Shown in pieces: positions 59,628 through 64,000 of a DNA stretch of 64,000 bases (within the stretch, counting starts at the first letter, position 1; each line of letters begins with the position of its first letter). This DNA comes from Paenibacillaceae bacterium (GTDB lineage Bacteria > Bacillota > Clostridia > Lachnospirales > Lachnospiraceae), in contig SVDU01000016.1 of the NCBI GenBank assembly GCA_015057705.1, forward strand, positions 849 through 64,848, read 5' to 3'. A program made the translations under genes and the position numbers. A model generated the notes under the pieces. The model made no database searches. It saw nothing but the letters and a program-made list of their open reading frames with translations, and had not been told where the DNA came from.

Positions 59628-60665
59628 TTACTGTACCTGGGCTATCCGGTTTACCACATCGATATAATCCTTACAGTAGGTCTGATAAACTGTCATCACG
59701 GCACTGCGGAAACGGACCAGCTCCGCCGGGCTTAACTCTGTTACGATACAACCGGCTTTGATCAGACGATCCCTTACATTCTGCTCCCTTTCGGTAAAGA
59801 TCTGGCGCTCATACGTTGCAGACTCTTCCCCGCACTGTTTGATTATTTCCCGGTCTTTCTCGCTTAACCGGTCCCAGGTTGCCTGGGAAGCAAGCTGCAG
59901 CTCTGGTATTCGGCTGTGGGCGTCAAGGGTAATGTATTTTGCCACCTCATAGTGATTCATGGTTTCATAGGAAGGCCAGTTATTTTCTGCGCCGTCGATA
60001 TAACCGGTTTCTAATGCTGCATACACATCGGAATATGCCAGTGGAACGGCTTTCGCTCCCAATGCCTCTACTACGGCAGCCATCATATCCGACTTTGCAA
60101 CCCGGATTCTCATCTTTCTGATGTCCTCCACCCGCTCAATGGGGCGTTTAGTATTATAAAAATGCCTCGCACCGGCATCATACCAAGATAAGGCAACCAC
60201 GCCACTTCCTTTTAGTTCATTCATAAACTCATCTCCGATTGCACCGTCAAGAACCTTCCACATATGAGCTTCATCCCGGTAAAGATAAGGCAACTGCAAT
60301 ACGTTGAATTTGGGATTTACATCCGTAAGCGTCATAATGGATACGCGGGCAAAATCAATTCCCCCATACTGAACCTGCTCCGCGATCTCATTTTCATTTC
60401 CCATTTCCCCTCCGGAAAAGACTTTTATTTTAATTCGTCCTTCCGTTTTTTCCCATACCAGCTCTGCAAACTTTTTCGCACCCTCTGTTGTGGGATAGTC
60501 ATCCGGCTGGTTATCGGCATAGGTAAATACATATTCCGGAGTTTGTTCTCCGGAAGAAAAAAGAGATTCTGACGGATTTTCTTTATGAAAAAAACTAAAA
60601 GAAGCCATAATAACCGCTCCTGCCAAAAGGACTGCTCCCCCAATTTTTATAATACGTTTGTTCAT
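59628..60665 (-). CDS. TRAP transporter substrate-binding protein DctP
   Basis: MRIRV, DGAENN, QYGGIDFARVS; N-terminal anchor. Confidence 0.88.
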   Translation of the reverse strand: MNKRIIKIGGAVLLAGAVIMASFSFFHKENPSESLFSSGEQTPEYVFTYADNQPDDYPTTEGAKKFAELVWEKTEGRIKIKVFSGGEMGNENEIAEQVQYGGIDFARVSIMTLTDVNPKFNVLQLPYLYRDEAHMWKVLDGAIGDEFMNELKGSGVVALSWYDAGARHFYNTKRPIERVEDIRKMRIRVAKSDMMAAVVEALGAKAVPLAYSDVYAALETGYIDGAENNWPSYETMNHYEVAKYITLDAHSRIPELQLASQATWDRLSEKDREIIKQCGEESATYERQIFTEREQNVRDRLIKAGCIVTELSPAELVRFRSAVMTVYQTYCKDYIDVVNRIAQVQ

Positions 60666-60677
60666 TCCTGTACCCCC

Positions 60678-60708
60678 AAAACGCCTCCCCTGATTACAGG
60701 GGAAGCGT
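60678..60708 (-). terminator. Terminator after sugar-binding protein gene
   Basis: CGC.TCCCCTG/CAGGGGA.GCG stem followed by TTTT on the minus strand. Confidence 0.6.
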
Positions 60709-60734
60709 CTGATATTTTATATAGTATGAACTGA

Positions 60735-61820
60735 TTAAGGATTAATGATACTCTGAATTTCCTTATCATCCACATTTGTTTTATCAACCAGAATAACTCC
60801 GGTATCTACAGTTTTATCTTTAATTTCACCGCCATCGGCAATCTGAAGAGCAGTTTTTACACCATCATAACCCATGTAGTACTGGCGCTGAACAACAGAA
60901 GCTACATCGAACTTTCCGCTGCGGATCATGGTCTCGATCTCTGCAGAGAAATCGAATCCAACCATAGAGATATCGTCGCGTCCGGTTTCTGTTAAACCAG
61001 TTACAAAGCCTACAGTAGAACCATTGTTAGGACCAAATACTCCCTTTAAGTTTGGATAGGTTGTAATGAAGTCCTGGCAGAAACCTACTGCCTTGCTGAT
61101 ATCACCGTCATTTACCTTGATATCGTTGTTTAAAACTTTCCATGACTCAGGTGCATTTGCTTCCCAATACTCATTGAAGCCTTTTACACGGTCATTGATT
61201 GTCTGGGAACCAGTGGAACCAACCTGAATTGCAATCTGTGCTTCTTCTGTCTCAGAAATTCCTCTGTTCTTTAAGCGGCTGATCAGTTCGTCTGCTGCTG
61301 TTTTTCCGGCTTCCACGTTATTTGTTAAAAGAGCGGCGCTGTAGTTATCGCTTTTAATTACGGTATCTACCAGTACAACCGGAGTTCCTGATTTGTATGC
61401 TTCTGTAATTGGTGCATCTAAGGAAACGCTGTCAAGTGGAGCGATAACGATTCCGTCCGCCTGAGCAGATACTGCATTCTGAAGAAGGGTAAGCTGTCCT
61501 TCAATATCGGATTCCAGAGCGGTTCCGACTACCACTACATTACAGCCTAATTCCTTGCCTGCCTGCTCCGCTCCAGCCTGAAGAACGCTCCAGTACTGGT
61601 TTCCAAGTACCTTTACAATTACGTAAATGGTCTTTTCACCGGATTTTTTGTCTGTCTTTGCTGCCTCTGTGGTCTTATCTCCGGCTGCTGCAGTGGTAGT
61701 TTCACCTGCTGCTGCAGTGGTTGCTGCTGTTCCGCTTGAAGATGTACTGCCACAGCCTGCAAGGCCTGTTACTGCCATAGCTGCCGCTAATACAACTGCT
61801 GCTAATTTACTCTTTCTCAT
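60735..61820 (-). CDS. Ribose/monosaccharide-type ABC substrate-binding lipoprotein
   Basis: Lipobox LAGC; ADGIVIAP, PVVLVD; T/A-rich linker. Confidence 0.88.
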   Translation of the reverse strand: MRKSKLAAVVLAAAMAVTGLAGCGSTSSSGTAATTAAAGETTTAAAGDKTTEAAKTDKKSGEKTIYVIVKVLGNQYWSVLQAGAEQAGKELGCNVVVVGTALESDIEGQLTLLQNAVSAQADGIVIAPLDSVSLDAPITEAYKSGTPVVLVDTVIKSDNYSAALLTNNVEAGKTAADELISRLKNRGISETEEAQIAIQVGSTGSQTINDRVKGFNEYWEANAPESWKVLNNDIKVNDGDISKAVGFCQDFITTYPNLKGVFGPNNGSTVGFVTGLTETGRDDISMVGFDFSAEIETMIRSGKFDVASVVQRQYYMGYDGVKTALQIADGGEIKDKTVDTGVILVDKTNVDDKEIQSIINP

Positions 61821-61854
61821 TTTTTTCTTCCTCCTGAATTATATAGTTTTTTAT

Positions 61855-62904
61855 TTATTTTTTCAAGCCAAAAAACCGCTTGAGTGCCCCTAAGTCTCCG
61901 CTCTTCTTTGCTGTCTGGGAAGCAACTGCAATCAACAGGATAATTCCTACGATCACCTGCTGCCAGAAGGAGTTAACACCGTTTAAGTTCAGTCCGTTCC
62001 GGATTACACCCATCATCAGAGCTCCGATTACTGTATTTAAAATGGTTCCTTCTCCACCTAAGATGGAAATTCCACCAAGTACGGAAGCTGCAATTGCCTC
62101 CATCTCGTATCCGTTACCGGCTGTTGGCTGTGCACTGGAAAGTCTTGAAGCTACCAGGATACCGCAGATCGCAGCGGATAAACCGGAGATGCAGTATGCA
62201 AACATACGTGTTTTTACTGCATTGATACCGGAAAGCTTAGCTGCCTCAAGGTTGGAACCACAGGCATAAATCTGACGTCCGATGCGCATTTTAGCCAGTA
62301 CTACTCCAAGAATTAATGCATAAACCAGAGTGATAATAACGCTGTAGGGAAGACCGGTTCCGCCGATTCTTCCGCCTCCCAGAACATAGAACTGTTTCTG
62401 AACCTGCTCGGAAGGAATATTGGTTGTATAAAGAGGTGCTCCGTTAACCAGTACGTTGGCCATACCACGGTATACCCACTGGGTTGCAAGAGTTGCAACG
62501 AACGGAACTACACCAAGTATCTCGATAAAAAATCCATTCATAATACCGGTCATAATACCCATGGTCAGACAGAGTATAATGCACAGCCACAGGGGCAGTC
62601 CCTGCATTAAAAGGGCTACCATAATAATTCCGGACAACGCCATGGAAGCACCTGCTGATAAATCGTTTCCGCCGCAGACAAGGCAGAAGGTCAGACCGCA
62701 GCCGATAATCGTATAGGTTACAATCTGCTGCAGAAGGTTCTGTAAATTAGCCGGAGCCAGAAACTTTGCCGGCTGAAGAAGTGAAAACAGAACAAATAGT
62801 CCGATCAGGATTCCGATAGAAAAGATCGCCCGGCGTGTTGCTGCATCAAGTTTTCCAAATGAGCCGGCTTTCTTCTCCTGTCCCTTTGCTTTTAAGTTCA
62901 TCAT
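61855..62904 (-). CDS. Monosaccharide ABC permease (RbsC-like)
   Basis: DLSAGA, GRQIYACGSN.EAAKLSGI, GYEMEAIAASVLGG. Confidence 0.9.
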   Translation of the reverse strand: MMNLKAKGQEKKAGSFGKLDAATRRAIFSIGILIGLFVLFSLLQPAKFLAPANLQNLLQQIVTYTIIGCGLTFCLVCGGNDLSAGASMALSGIIMVALLMQGLPLWLCIILCLTMGIMTGIMNGFFIEILGVVPFVATLATQWVYRGMANVLVNGAPLYTTNIPSEQVQKQFYVLGGGRIGGTGLPYSVIITLVYALILGVVLAKMRIGRQIYACGSNLEAAKLSGINAVKTRMFAYCISGLSAAICGILVASRLSSAQPTAGNGYEMEAIAASVLGGISILGGEGTILNTVIGALMMGVIRNGLNLNGVNSFWQQVIVGIILLIAVASQTAKKSGDLGALKRFFGLKK

Positions 62905-62906
62905 TC

Positions 62907-64000
62907 TTAATCTCCCTTTCTATTTCCCACACCTAATGTAGGCGCCGGTTTTCCTTCAAGTTTGTTATAGCCAGCTGCCAGATATAAGATCTCTTCCTGG
63001 GTGGTTTCTTTCGCATTCAGTTCTCCGTTTATTTCTCCCTGATGAATGACTAAAATACGGTCACTCATTCCAAGAATCTCAGGAAGCTCGGAGGATATCA
63101 TGATAATGGATACACCCTGGTCGCTGAGCTGGTTAAACAGTTCGTACACCTCATATTTGGCACCAACGTCAATCCCTCTTGTCGGTTCATCCACAATTAA
63201 CACTTTAACATCGTTGCACAGCCATTTTGCAAGAACTACCTTCTGCTGGTTTCCACCTGACAGATTTCCGCAAAGCTGATGAACGCTTGGCGTTTTTGTA
63301 CGAAGACGCTTTACGTATTTCTCAGCATTGATCAGTCCTGCCTTGTCATCGATGAATCCAAAACGGGTGATGTTTGGAAGATGAGCCATGTTGGTATTGT
63401 ATTTGATGTCCAGTCCAAGAGCCAGTCCGTCTCTCTTTCTGTCCTCTGTTGCATAACCGATTCCATGCTTGATTGCCTGAATAACGGAATTAACCTTAAT
63501 CGGCTTTCCTTCCATAATCAGCTCCATGGAATCCGGCTGGTCCGCTCCGAAGATACAGCGCATCAGCTCTGTTCTTCCTGCTCCTACCAGACCAGAGATT
63601 CCAAGAATCTCGCCTTTTCTTACACATAAATAATCGGCATTGACTTTGGTTCCTCTTTTGACATTTTTTGCCTCCAGAACAATATCGCCGATTTTTCTTG
63701 TATGCTTGGGATATTTATCATCCAGGGAACGACCAACGATCATATTAACCAGTTCGTCCATGGTGATTTCGTTTAAGTTTCTGGTTCCGATATACTGACC
63801 GTCACGGATAATGGTAACCCGTTCACAAATCTGATTTAATTCCGCCATACGGTGGGAGATATAAACCATTCCAACTCCCTTTTCCTTCAGACGTCTGATA
63901 ATTCCAAACAGCTGGTCGATCTCTTTTTCAGTCAGCGTTGCTGTCGGCTCATCAAGAACCAGTATTTTTGAATTAAAGCTGATCGCTTTTGCAATTTCCA
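62907..64000 (-). CDS. Monosaccharide ABC ATP-binding protein (RbsA-like), partial (5' end outside window)
   Basis: Frame open to the window edge: EIAKAISFNSKILVLDEPTATL; second NBD LSGGNQQK, DEPTRGIDVGAK. Confidence 0.92.
   Translation of the reverse strand, partial: EIAKAISFNSKILVLDEPTATLTEKEIDQLFGIIRRLKEKGVGMVYISHRMAELNQICERVTIIRDGQYIGTRNLNEITMDELVNMIVGRSLDDKYPKHTRKIGDIVLEAKNVKRGTKVNADYLCVRKGEILGISGLVGAGRTELMRCIFGADQPDSMELIMEGKPIKVNSVIQAIKHGIGYATEDRKRDGLALGLDIKYNTNMAHLPNITRFGFIDDKAGLINAEKYVKRLRTKTPSVHQLCGNLSGGNQQKVVLAKWLCNDVKVLIVDEPTRGIDVGAKYEVYELFNQLSDQGVSIIMISSELPEILGMSDRILVIHQGEINGELNAKETTQEEILYLAAGYNKLEGKPAPTLGVGNRKGD

Overview
Low-GC Gram-positive (Firmicute) chromosomal DNA; gene content suggests Lachnospiraceae/Clostridia (inference). 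Almost all genes are on the minus strand. Left to right: (1) a >1800-aa secreted surface protein with 74-aa tandem repeats running off the left edge; (2) carD-like, deoC-pdp-cdd-deoB, darA-like and Nudix genes; (3) an Smr-less MutS2-like ATPase behind a highly structured leader with a 9-codon uORF and terminator; (4) an AT-rich decayed radical SAM/SPASM gene with an intact BceAB-like ABC transporter; (5) a mosaic region with a duplicated 72-bp MerR-type promoter and a duplicated small membrane gene plus terminator, enclosing a GntR/sugar-ABC/UroD-family module and a 14.5-kb selenium block (tRNA-Sec, selB, trxB, trxA, grdA[Sec], grdC, grdD, selA, grdI, grdH[Sec], BCCT transporter, LysR, GntR) encoding a glycine betaine reductase system, with no selD in the window; (6) nth/endoQ, a yjdF riboswitch plus yjdF, and a UbiD/UbiX/LpdD gallate/protocatechuate-type decarboxylase operon with a MerR-type promoter; (7) MFS/AraC, a YtrA-type GntR-ABC operon, an MCP, a tocopherol-cyclase-like gene, an orphan TRAP DctP and a ribose-type ABC system running off the right edge. 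No CRISPR array, rRNA, integrase or transposase was seen. Best candidates for something undescribed: the uORF-attenuated Smr-less MutS2 module, the repeat-bounded selenium/betaine block, and a yjdF riboswitch next to a prenyl-FMN system. All family assignments are by eye, without database searches.
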